Position numbers and translations under genes: made by a program. DNA of 64,000 nucleotides from Cyanophora paradoxa CCMP329 (taxonomy: Eukaryota > Plantae > Glaucophyta): the NCBI GenBank assembly GCA_004431415.1, contig QPMI01000056.1:124001-188000 (forward strand). The letters are read 5' to 3'. Under the pieces are notes generated by a model. That model was not told the DNA's origin. It ran no database searches and saw nothing but the letters and a program-made list of their open reading frames with translations. How positions within the stretch are numbered: position 1 is the first letter of the stretch; each line of letters opens with the position of its first letter. Positions 12,301 to 22,413 of the stretch are shown piece after piece.

Positions 12301-15300
12301 AGCTAGACAACGCCGGCAACCTGCTTCACAAGATGGGACGAGCCAGCGAAGGCATCCAGTTCCTGAAGGTGAGGCAGTGCTTCCTTGGCCACTCAGATAC
12401 GCCCAGCTCCCTCAACTCTCCCGTCCCTTGCAGGAGGCTCTGCGGCTGCGCAAAAAGGCGCTGGGGCCGGAGCATCCGAACGTTGCTGTGGAGATGCAGA
12501 ACCTGGCCAACCTGCTGCACACCCAGGGCGACTACGCGGCGGCGCGGCCCATGTACGAGGTGCGGCACGCGTCCCCCTGGATCGTTGCGGCCCTGCGCCT
12601 TCCTTCGATCGCGAGGCCCCGATTCAGGCCGCCCCTCGCAGGAGGCGCTGCGGGTGCACAGGAAGGCGCTGGGGCCGGAGCACCTCTATGTCGCAGGGAC
12701 AATGCAGAACCTGGCCATCCTGCTGGAGGACCAGGGCGACTACGCAGCAGCGCGTCCCATGTACGAGGTGCAGCGCAAGTCCCCCTGGCTCGTTGTGGCC
12801 GTGCTTCTTCCTGCGAGGCCCCGACCGCCGACCGGGGCCCCTCGCAGGAGGCACTGCGGGTGATCAAGAAGGCCCTGGGGCCGGAGCACCCGGACGTCGC
12901 GACGGCGATGCAGAACGTGGCCAACCTGCTGAAGGCCCAGGGCGACTTCGCAGCAGCGCGGCCCATGTACGAGGTGCGGCGCAAGTTCCCCTGGCTTGTT
13001 GTGGCCCTGGTCCTGCCTCTGAGGTGCCACCCCGGCCCGCCCCTCGCAGGAGGCGCTGCGGGTGAAGAAGAAGGCGCTGGGGCCGGAGCACCCAGACGTC
13101 GCGGGGACAATGCAGAGCCTGGCTGCCCTGCTTCAGGCTCAGGGCGATTACGCAGCAGCGCGGCCCATGTACGAGGTGTGGCGCGCATCCCCCTAGAGCG
13201 TTGTGGCCCTGCTCATTCCTCCGCCCGACCGGGGCTGCCCCTCGCAGGAGGTGCTGTGAGTGTTCAAGAAGGCGCTGGGGCCAGAGCACCCGGATGTTGC
13301 GGGGACAATGCAGAACCTGGCTGGCCTGCTGAAGGACCAGGGCGACTACATGGCGGCGCGGCCCATGTACGAGGTGCGGTGCACATCCTCCTAGAGCGTT
13401 GTGGCCCTGCTCCTTCCTCCGAGGCCCCAATGTGTTCCGCCCCTCGCAGGAGGCGCTGCGGGTGTACAAGAAGGCGCTGGGGCCGGAACACCTGGACGTT
13501 GCTGCGACGACATCGAACCTGGCCGGCCTGCTTCAGGCTCAGGGCGATTACGCAGCAGCGCGGCCCATGTACGAGGTGCAGCACGTGTCCCCCTAGATCG
13601 TTGTGGCCCTGCTCCTTCCTCCGAGGCCCCGACCCGGAACGACCCTCGCAGGAGGTGCTGCGAGTGTTCAAGAAGGCGCTGGGGCCAGAGCACCCGGATG
13701 TTGCGGGACAATGCAGAACCTGGCTGGCCTGCTGAAGGACCAGGGCGACTACATGGCGGCGCGGCCCATGTACGAGGTGCGGTGCACATCCTCCTAGAGC
13801 GTTGTGGCCCTGCTCCTTCCTCCGAGGCCCCAATGTGTTCCGCCCCTCGCAGGAGGCGCTGCGGGTGTACAAGAAGGCGCTGGGGCCGGAACACCTGGAC
13901 GTTGCTGCGACGACATCGAACCTGGCCGGCCTGCTTCAGGCCCAGGGCGATTACGCAGCAGCGCGGCCCATGTACGAGGTGCAGCACGTGTCCCCCTAGA
14001 TCGTTGTGGCCCTGCTCCTTCCTCCGAGGCCCCGACCCGGAACGACCCTCGCAGGAGGTGCTGCGAGTGTTCAAGAAGGCGCTGGGGCCAGAGCACCCGG
14101 ATGTTGCGGGGACAATGCAGAACCTGGCTGGCCTGCTGAAGGACCAGGGCGACTACATGGCGGCGCGGCCCATGTACGAGGTGCGGTGCACATCCTCCTA
14201 GAGCGTTGTGGCCCTGCTCCTTCCTCCGAGGCCCCAATGTGTTCCGCCCCTCGCAGGAGGCGCTGCGGGTGTACAAGAAGGCGCTGGGGCCGGAACACCT
14301 GGACGTTGCTGCGACGACATCGAACCTGGCCGGCCTGCTTCAGGCCCAGGGCGACTACGCGGCAGCGCGGCCTATGTACGAGGTGGGGCGCAAGTCCTCT
14401 CTAGCGCGTTGTGGCCCTGCTCCTTTCTCCGAGGCCCCAATGCGTTCTGCCCCTCGCAGGAGGCACTGCAGGTTAAGAAGAAGGTGCTGGGGCCGGAGCA
14501 CCCGGACGTCGCGACGACGATGCAGGGCCTTGCCGGCCTGCTGAAGGCCCAGGGCGACTACGTGATGGCACGGCCCATGTACGAGGTGCGGCACGCATCT
14601 TCCCCCTGGATCGTTGTGGCCCCACTCCTTTCTCCGAGGCCCCAAACCGGGCCTCCCCTCGCAGGAGGTGCTAAAGCTTCGTAAGAAGGCGCTGGGGCCG
14701 GAGCACCCGGACGTTGCAGCGGCAATTTTGAACCTGGCCATCCTCCTCCAGGCCCAGGGCGACTACGCGGCAGCGCGGCCTATGTACGAGGTGTGGCGCA
14801 CGTCCCCCCTAGAGCGTTGTGGCCCTGCTCCTTAAGCTTCCTCTTGAGGCCCCAATGTGTTCCGCCCCTCGCAGGAGGCACTGCGGGTGTACAAGACGGC
14901 GCTGGGGCCGGAGCACCCGGGCATCGCGAGAACGATTTTGAACCTGGCCAACTTGCTTGAGGACCAGGGCGACTACGGGGCGGCACGGCCCATGTACGAG
15001 GTGCAGCACGTGTCCCCCTAGATCGTTGTGGCCCTGCTCCTTCCTCCGAGGCCCCGACCCGGAACGACCCACGCAGGAGGCGCTGCGGGTGTACAAGAAG
15101 GCGCTGGGGCCGGAACACCTGGACGTTGCTGCGACGACATCGAACCTGGCCGGCCTGCTTCAGGCCCAGGGCGACTACGCGGCAGCGCAGCTTATGTACG
15201 AGGTGCGGAGCACGGCCCCCCAGATCAGCGGACTTGCTCCTTCCTGCAAGGCTCCGACCTGGGCCGCCCCTCGCAGGAGGCACTGCGGATTAAGAAGAAG

Positions 15301-15795
15301 GTGCTGGGGCCGGAGCACCCAGACGTCGCGGCGACGATGCAGAACCTGGCCATCCAGCTGTTATGCCAGGGCGACTACGCGGCGGCGCGGCCCATGTACG
15401 AGGTGCGGCACGCATCTTCCCCCTGGATCGTTGTGGATTTGCTCCTTCCTTCAAGGGCCCGACCTGGGCCGCCTCTTGCAGGAGGTGCTGCGGGTGTACA
15501 AGAAGGCGCTGGGGACGGAGCACCCAGACACAGCGTATTCAATGGGCTGCCTCGGGGACCTCCTCTCGAGGCTGGGGACGAGGGCGGGCCTCTCTGAGGC
15601 CGCGCCACTCCTCGAGGTGTGCACGTGTTTGTGGCCCTCTGTTCCGCCGACACAGCCCGTCTGACCACTGTCGACGTCCGCGCCGCCTCGTGACCGCAGG
15701 CCGCGCTCCCGGTGCTCGAGCGGACTCGGGGACCTCAGCACAAGGAGACATCGTTTGTTCGGCAAGCACTGGAACGTGTCAAAAATGCAAAGTAG
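9314..15795 (+). CDS. DUF4062 + STAND/NACHT-like P-loop NTPase + 42-aa TPR array with N-myristoylation motif (nephrocystin-3-like / NLR-like architecture); carries lesions as assembled
   Basis: MGCCKSK start; RIFVSSTF.DMQAERD...VDLRWGI (DUF4062-type); Walker A HGEGGCGKS; Walker B VLIMDGLDQL; NALFLTVLLDEL; FFH motif. Then 15 single-repeat TPR exons, a 135-nt variant exon (15482-15616) and a last exon 15700-15795 ending in TAG. Lesions: frame break ~12220, TGA at 13257, 1-nt deletion at ~13706. Confidence 0.8.
12434..15616 (+). repeat. Tandem exon+intron array, ~200-bp unit (126-nt exon + 72-84-nt intron) x15 plus a variant terminal exon
   Basis: Exon starts at 12434, 12642, 12848, 13050, 13248, 13450, 13652, 13853, 14055, 14257, 14460, 14665, 14875, 15077, 15277 and 15482. 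The first 15 run CAG|GAG...ATGTACGAG|GT, all phase 0. Confidence 0.95.
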
Positions 15796-15861
15796 TGGTA
15801 GAATGTGTCAAGAATGCAAAGATAGGAGCCAGTGTATTGGTGAAGAAAGTTAAAGTAAACT

Positions 15862-15925
15862 AATCGCAGGTCGCGTCGGTCGCCTGCTGCTGGCCCTTCT
15901 TGGGGCACCGCCCGCACCGCCCGCG
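15862..15925 (-). pseudogene. Orphan inverted copy of an exon segment from the gene at 22414-24157
   Basis: Reads CGRCPKKGQQQATDATCD versus CGRCPKKGQAANATCD at ~23351-23399. Confidence 0.7.
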
Positions 15926-16957
15926 AGCAAGCATCCTTAGAGCAGAGGATGGGCTTGAGGTGGCCATGGGCCGGGGACAGGGCCGCCTCTGGAGCCGCCC
16001 CGGCCCCTTGTCACGGACGGGGCCCCGGGGTGCGGCGGACGAGGCTAGAGCAGGCGCCGGCACCTAAATCGACCGGCCACTGCGGGGGAGTCGGCGAGAA
16101 ATCCGCATGCAAACGAGGCTAAGGTCTACATCAAGACTCTGAGACCGACAGCTACGAGGATGCTGGCCTCTGGGCGCCTCAAGGGACAGGGTGGGCGGGA
16201 ACACGAAATTGCGGCTCGGGCGCCGCGCTTGTTTTGCCGCGAAAAACGGGTATGCTAGCTCAAGGCGACTTGGATCAAATTCGGACTGTAAAATAATTGA
16301 GGCTCGACTAGCCGACTCGCTAACCTCAGTAAATCTACTTTACTACCCATATAGATGACATGGCCACATATGCATGCATACATGTATACAGTTGCATACA
16401 TGTATACAGTTGTTATTGCTTTGTTGTCTTTAATATCACTACCTACGGGGGGTTCGCCCCACCGTAGTCTCTCAAAAAAAAATTCTTTGTATTTATAATT
16501 TGATTTTCGCCGCCTGGCACACACGAATTCGAACTCGAACTAACACATCAATTCGCTAACTACAGAAATCTTCGAATCCGTTGCCAAACACGCCAACTAG
16601 CACACTTACTTGCCACTAACTTGCCAGCATGCACTAATTATAACTAGAACAAATGCACAAATCAAAACGCTGCACTAGTATCTTCATTTCAAGTTCTCGA
16701 ACGCACTAACACAACTACTTTCCGATTCGAATCTGATGCATGATAAGAAAAGTGTACATGTCCGAATACACATGCAGTGTATGCTGAACGAACAATTGCC
16801 GCAGTGCCACTGCTCGCTTGCACTCACTTGCTTGCACACGTAAATCTGTACACTCGCGCGCGGTTCGAGATCTAGATCTAGACGTCCTCGCTGACCGGCT
16901 CGCGACTGCAGGAGTCTTCAGCTGCCCCCGGACCTCGGCTTCGATTAATTAAATCCC

Positions 16958-19900
16958 TTAGTCCCGCTTGTCTTCGGGCTGGAAGACCACGGGGAGCTGC
17001 GGCTCCGCCTGCGCCGCCTCCGCCGGCGCGACCTGAGGCCAAGGTCAAGCTCAAGCTCAAGCTCAAGCGCCTCGTCTAAAAATAGCGGCACCTTGGAGGA
17101 GGATGCCTCGCCGGCCCCCGCGGGCCCCGAGGACATGCTCGCGACCGCCGGGGGCCGGCTCATCACCGTTCTCGCTGTACCCGAGGCGGTCCCCGCCCCC
17201 TCGCCCTCGCCCCCGCCGTGGTCCATGCCCACGCCGAGGCCGAAGCCCATGCCGGGGGGCATCGGCATGCGGAGCGGCGGCTTCGGGGGCGGCTTGACGT
17301 AGTTGCCCTCCCCCGTGATGAACCGCTCCAGGCCCTGCGCCGTACCCCCTTCAGGCTATTTATAGCCGCGTTCGCTTGAAGATCGAAAATTCACCATGCG
17401 GATGCTCTCGATCTCGTCCCCCAGCGTCTGGACTGCTCGAGCGCGGGTGGCGGCCCAGTCAGTGAGCCGGGGGTTACGTGCAATCGAAACAAATTTGCGC
17501 ACCCCGCCACTCGAGGTCCTGGGTCGGCTGCTGCATCTGGTGCGAGGAGAGCTTCCTGCGAGTAGAGGGCCCAGTCAGCCGCGAAGGGCCGCGGCCCGGC
17601 CTCGGGCCGGCGCACCAGAAGAACTCGATGGAGACGTAGAAGTCGTAGCTGCGGGGAATATATATAATTCAGCGGCTTGCCTTGTCGAAGAAAGGCGAGG
17701 CGAGGCGCGAGGGGAGGGCGATCGGACGCACCGGTGCTGGGCCTTGAGCGCAGCCAGCCGCTTCTCCTGCTCGATCCAGTGAGCTAGGAGATGCGAAGGA
17801 ACGCGTGGCGCCCATGCCGAGCGGGGCCTATCGCTAGCAGACCTATCTCTAAGGTCTGCAGGTCTAGGGGATCGACACCCTATAGTAGATTTCTAAGACC
17901 CTAGCATGTTAAGCAGGGCCTAAGCTGAGCACCGCGGCGGAGCGCCCGAGCTTCCCCTTCGGATCGCGCCTAGACTCGGCGCGGGGCCCAAGCAAGCCCG
18001 GCGGGACGGCGGGGCGGCGGGGCGCACGTCGGGGGCGTTGAGGCAGAAGCGGGCGGGGCCGAAGGACTTGGCGAGGTCCACGACGTCCATGAACCCGTTC
18101 ACGATCTTCGAGACGAACCCGCCCTTCTGCGGGGGGATGGGGGGGGGGGGGGGGGGGGGGGGGGGCGATGACGTCAGCCGCGGCCACGACCAGAAGCCTC
18201 GAGCCGAGGGCTCAGGCACAGTCGCGCCGAGCTCGGAGAAGGGCGGGGGGCCCGGCCCGGGCGCGCCCACCTTCATGCTCATGGGGGCCCAGCTGCGCGC
18301 GTTCTGGCGGATCACGTGGTACCGGAGCGTGTCCAGGTCCTGCGCGCGGCCGGAGGGAGGAGGGAGGCATCGAGGTCGGCGGGCGGGCCCGAGGCGCGCG
18401 GATTTTAGAGAGGCCTAAGGAAGAGGGGAAATTCAAAAACTAGAACTAGGTCCCTAAGCACTATATGGAAGAACTAGGAGCACTCGCCGGGAGTTCTATA
18501 AGAGGGTTCTAAGTTCCAAGTTCTACAAATTCTAAGTTCTATAAGAGAGACATTCAAAGGGGCGGGGCCGGAGCGTACGCGGCGCCAGAGGGTGTGGGAG
18601 TCCAGATCTAGATCTAAGCACTAGGAGCACTAGGAGAACTAGGAGAACTAGGAGAACAAAGCACTAGGAGCTCTTATTTATAAGTTCCGTCTAAATTCTA
18701 TAAGAGAGGCTCAGACCCGGCGCCAGAGGGTGTGGGAGTCTAGATCTAAGCACTAGGAGCATTCTAAGCTCTAAGTTCTACAAGTTCTAAGATAAGAAAG
18801 GCTCAGGGGCTCAGGGCGGGCCGCACCCTGCGCCAGAGGGTGTGGGAGTCCTTGAGGTCGCGCGTCTCGTCCCACTGCTCGAAGACCGCCCGCCGCGTCG
18901 TCAGCACCAGCCGGTGCACTGCGAGAGACCGGATCGGATCGCATCGGATCATATCATATCCGAAGGGAGAGGGGAGGGGACACGCACTGTTGAAGGGGAC
19001 GCGGGCCTCGACGTCGCGCATGTCCTTGTCCAGCGACAGCTCGTCGATGTGCTGCGCGGGGGAGGGGGGGGGGGGGGGGTTAGAAGGGGGGGGGGGGGGC
19101 GGGGCGGAGAGGGAGAGGAAAGAGCGATGGGGCGGGGGCGGGGCGGTGGAGTGTGTTTGAGGGGGGTGGGGGGGGTAAAGGAGGAGGGGAGGGGGTGGGC
19201 GGGGCGGGGGAGGGGGCGGGGAGAGCCCTTGGAGGACGGGGCCGGGGGACCAGGTCTAGACTGGCCCATGCGAGGCTGGGATAGGCAAGTGGGGGTTGGA
19301 GGCAGGGGAGAGGGGGTACACGCACGATGCGCTCAAAGGTGTGCCCCTTGGACCACTTGTAGCAGCACCAGAGCTTGGGCCAACAGACGCAGCGGCACCA
19401 CAGGCACGAGCAGCTGCGAGGGGGGAGTACGTCAGCAAAGGGGTGGGAGGGAGGAGGAGTAGGCGGACCCGTCGGGCGGCTGTAGCGGGAGCGCGCGAGT
19501 TGAGGGGATTAGTGCCAGCGCGAGAGCAGCGATCATCCGGAGCCGAACTCACGCAGAGGCAGCAGAGGCGCTTGGTCGGGATGTCTGAGGCCCGCGGGAG
19601 GTCAGACCCCATCTGAGCGCGGCCGGCCGGCGCCGGCGCCGGCGCTCACCAAGGCTGAACAGGGGGCAGTAGCACTCGCTGTCGCCGCCTGCGAATTCGA
19701 ACGAAGCGGCCGGGCCGGCCGGCCGCGGGCCGCACCCCCCTCAGCACGGCGCGCGCATGCAGCTCGGGGGATCCGGATCGAATTGGATCGAATTCGAATT
19801 CAAATCAGATCCAAATCAAATCCGTACGCACACCACGGCCAGCCCTGGAAGACCGGCTCTCCGATCCCTGCGCACGAAGTCTTTTAGATAACGATCTAAT

Positions 19901-21438
19901 CTAGGCACGAGCGCCCTTCCGAAGCTTAAGCTCACGCCACTAGATCAAGAGGGATCCTTCAGCGTAAGCTTTAAGTCAAGCCCGCGCGCGTGCGCGGCGC
20001 ACCGGTGGCCATGAAGGGGCAGCACTTGTGGCAGAGGTGGGGGCGGACGAGCCAGGGGAGGCCGGGGGGGTAGCTCTCGTTCCACTTCGCCTTGTAGCAG
20101 CAGTACGCTGCGGAAGGAGAATTCTAAGACTGGCGGGTCGGGCCGGCCGGAGGAGGAGGCGGGGCCCAGGAGGTGGCGCAGAGGGAGGTGGCGCGGGATC
20201 GGAGGCGGCGGCAGATTAATATAAAGAAGAAGAAGAAGGGTCGACGTCGGGCCGGCCGGCCGGCCGGCCGAAGCTTAAAGGTAGCAGGGGTACGCTGCGG
20301 AGGCGGAGGGAGGGGGCGGGGCCTAGGAGGCGGCCGGGGCCTAGGGAGGCCAAGTCCCTGGCCTTGTCCTGGCCGAGGCCTGGCCATGGGCCCAGGAGGA
20401 AAAGGAGGAGGACGCTAAGGAGGCGGAGGGAGGCGGGCGGGGCCAGGGCATGGGCCCTGGCCTGGGCCTGGGCCTAGGACGAGGCGGCGCCTTCTAGCAG
20501 CAGTAAGATGCGGCGGCGGCGGCGGCCGAGGCGGAGGCGGAGGGCGGGAAACAAGAAGAAAGCGGGCGGGCCGGGCCGGCCGGAGGCCCGGGCCCGGGCC
20601 GGGGGCTCAAGCACCTCCGAAGCCGCAGTACCTGAGGCCGCGATCAGATCAGATCAGATCAGACCAGACGGCGTGCGCCTTAGGTTACTAATTCGAACTA
20701 TAAGCTCAGAGCTGTTAGACGCTTAAGCTTTCTTGAGCTCAGTGCCCTTAGATTCGAATGCAAAACGCACCAGTCGCAGAGCTGGCCGCAGTTCATGGAG
20801 AGCGGCCACCACTGCGAGCGAAGGGATGGCCCAGGCGGATCAAATCAGCTTTAAAAGACCGGATCAAATCTTTATAGACTTTATATAAAGACTTTATTAA
20901 AGCGCTGTGGCAGCGCGCGGCCGCGGACGCAGACGCACCCGGTTGCCCATGGGGATCGGCGGGACGTGCGTCCAGATGCCGATGAGCTCCTCCCCTGCGG
21001 CCGTACGCGAGCCGCGATCAGGTCTATGTGCGATCGACTCGGCGACGTCGCGAAGGCGTGCGGACCGGGAAGGAACTGCTTCGGGGTGAGGCTGAACCTG
21101 GACGAGGACGAACGGGGCGTGAGCTCACACGCGCGTACGCAAGCAGCGGGCAACGCGTGGGGATCCGCTTGAGATCGGGCGGGGCGGGGCGGGCGGCTGC
21201 ACCGGTTTTCAAAGTCCGGAGCGGCGCGGGGATCCGTCCCCCATGTCGTGCTCCGCCTGCGTCGACGTCGGGGCATGCGGCGTCACGCTCAACGCTAAAG
21301 CTAACGATCGGAAGCGAGAGATCGAGAGATCGAGAGATCGACCCGCACGCAGCGGCCGCGCCACTTTTAGACCTATGGAAGATCGGGAGGGCGGGGAAGC
21401 GGGGCGCACAGCACTTCCGTGTCGCCGATCTTCGCCAT
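16958..21438 (-). CDS. Hypothetical multi-exon protein with Cys/Trp-rich N-terminal half
   Basis: Splice-consistent exons: MAKIGDTE..., YCCYKAKWNESYPPGLPWLVRPHLCHKCCPFMATG, CYCPLFSL, CSCLWCRCVCWPKLWCCYKWSKGHTFERI, HIDELSLDKDMRDVEARVPFN, VHRLVLTTRRAVFEQWDE, GLERFITGEGNY and a last exon VAPAEAAQAEPQLPVVFQPEDKRD-TAA. No family recognised. Confidence 0.6.
18440..18850. repeat. Intronic triplication of a 21-nt exon end separated by CTAG/TTCTA-rich low-complexity filler
   Basis: GCGCCAGAGGGTGTGGGAGTC occurs at 18582, 18720 and 18830 (the last is the real exon end). Filler is made of CTAGGAG(A/C)A and AGTTCTA units. Confidence 0.8.
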
Positions 21439-22081
21439 CGTGGCTTGCCGGCAACAGCTGCAGGCCTAGCTAGCTAGCTGCGGCTTCCGAAGTTCCTGAG
21501 AGCTGCAGGTTGCAGGCTGCAGGTGTCAGCTGCCAGCGAGAGTCCCCGCGAGACACGCCGTACGCGTGCTGGCGAAGCTCAAGGATGGGAGCTGTACGGT
21601 CTGTACTACAGTGTACCTCGCGATTCGCGAAGCCTACGCTTGCGTAACGCCGTCAGCGTACCGCCCAAACTTCAAGCTAAGGAAAGGCCCTAAGGGGGTA
21701 AGGCCCCGCTGAAGTTCCGGAAGCTCGCAGATCTAGATCTCCGGGATCCGGACGCGTGACGGAGCGCTCAGACGATCGCGATCGATCGGAGGGGTACAGT
21801 TTGCAAGGCCACCCGGGCTACCGTAATTATAATTGCCAGCACACCGGCCGGCGCGCGGGTGAAGGGATCGGGCGTCGAGTTCCACGAGTCAAGGACCGAG
21901 GATAAAGGGACCAGCCATGGAACCAGCGAGTCAAGGACCAGCGCACATTACGGTGGCAGCTGCGTGGTTCCCGAGGCACGTCATGTGCTTCACGCTGCCG
22001 CCTTGAGCCTCGGCGCCGTGCGCTCAGTACTCTAGCACCGCACAGCGCAGAAGCAAGCCCGGCCATTACAGTCCGAAGACC

Positions 22082-22125
<44 letters not shown>
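22082..22125. repeat. (GCA)14 microsatellite
   Basis: Direct reading of the sequence. Confidence 0.95.
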
Positions 22126-22413
22126 TCCGCACCACAACCAGTCGACTCGCCTAGTCTCGCGCCGCGCCGCCCCGGCCCGCAAGTACAGCAAAACAACCGC
22201 GGCAGCGCGGCCGCCCGCTGAGCCTGCAGCCTCGTCTCCTCGCCAGATAAGAGCGTATCCGAGTCCATCGCGTCCCGCGGTCGCAAGGTCCGTACATCGA
22301 GCTCTAAAAGAGAGAGCCCTGCGCATGCGGCCCCTCCCCGCGGCCCGCTTACGTTCCTCCGCGTTCGCGCAGGTCCGACTTCGAGCGCCCCTGAGCGGAT
22401 CCGGAGGCGGAGA

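Noticed and set aside
13257-13259. In-frame TGA as selenocysteine or a reassigned codon
   Set aside because: Sister exons have CGA (Arg), so a single C-to-T change explains it, and TGA serves as the stop codon in other genes here (29278, 61603).
12434-15616. TPR array as a CRISPR array or non-coding satellite
   Set aside because: Units are spliceosomal exon+intron pairs encoding 42-aa TPRs; the spacers are homologous introns and there are no cas genes.
16187-16516. TIR transposon with CAGG termini
   Set aside because: The inverted match is weak and there is no target-site duplication; only the internal hairpin is reported.
18582-18850. Three 21-nt direct repeats as a mini-CRISPR
   Set aside because: The repeat is a coding exon end, the spacers are long and similar to each other, and the context is a eukaryotic intron.
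21209-21438. TRAPPC13 assignment from the LKVARP motif
   Set aside because: Downstream exons show no recognisable similarity to that family.
21827-22135. Poly-Cys ORF, and the HT/CV-repeat ORFs at 37902-38312
   Set aside because: They are translations of the (GCA)n and (CA)n microsatellites.
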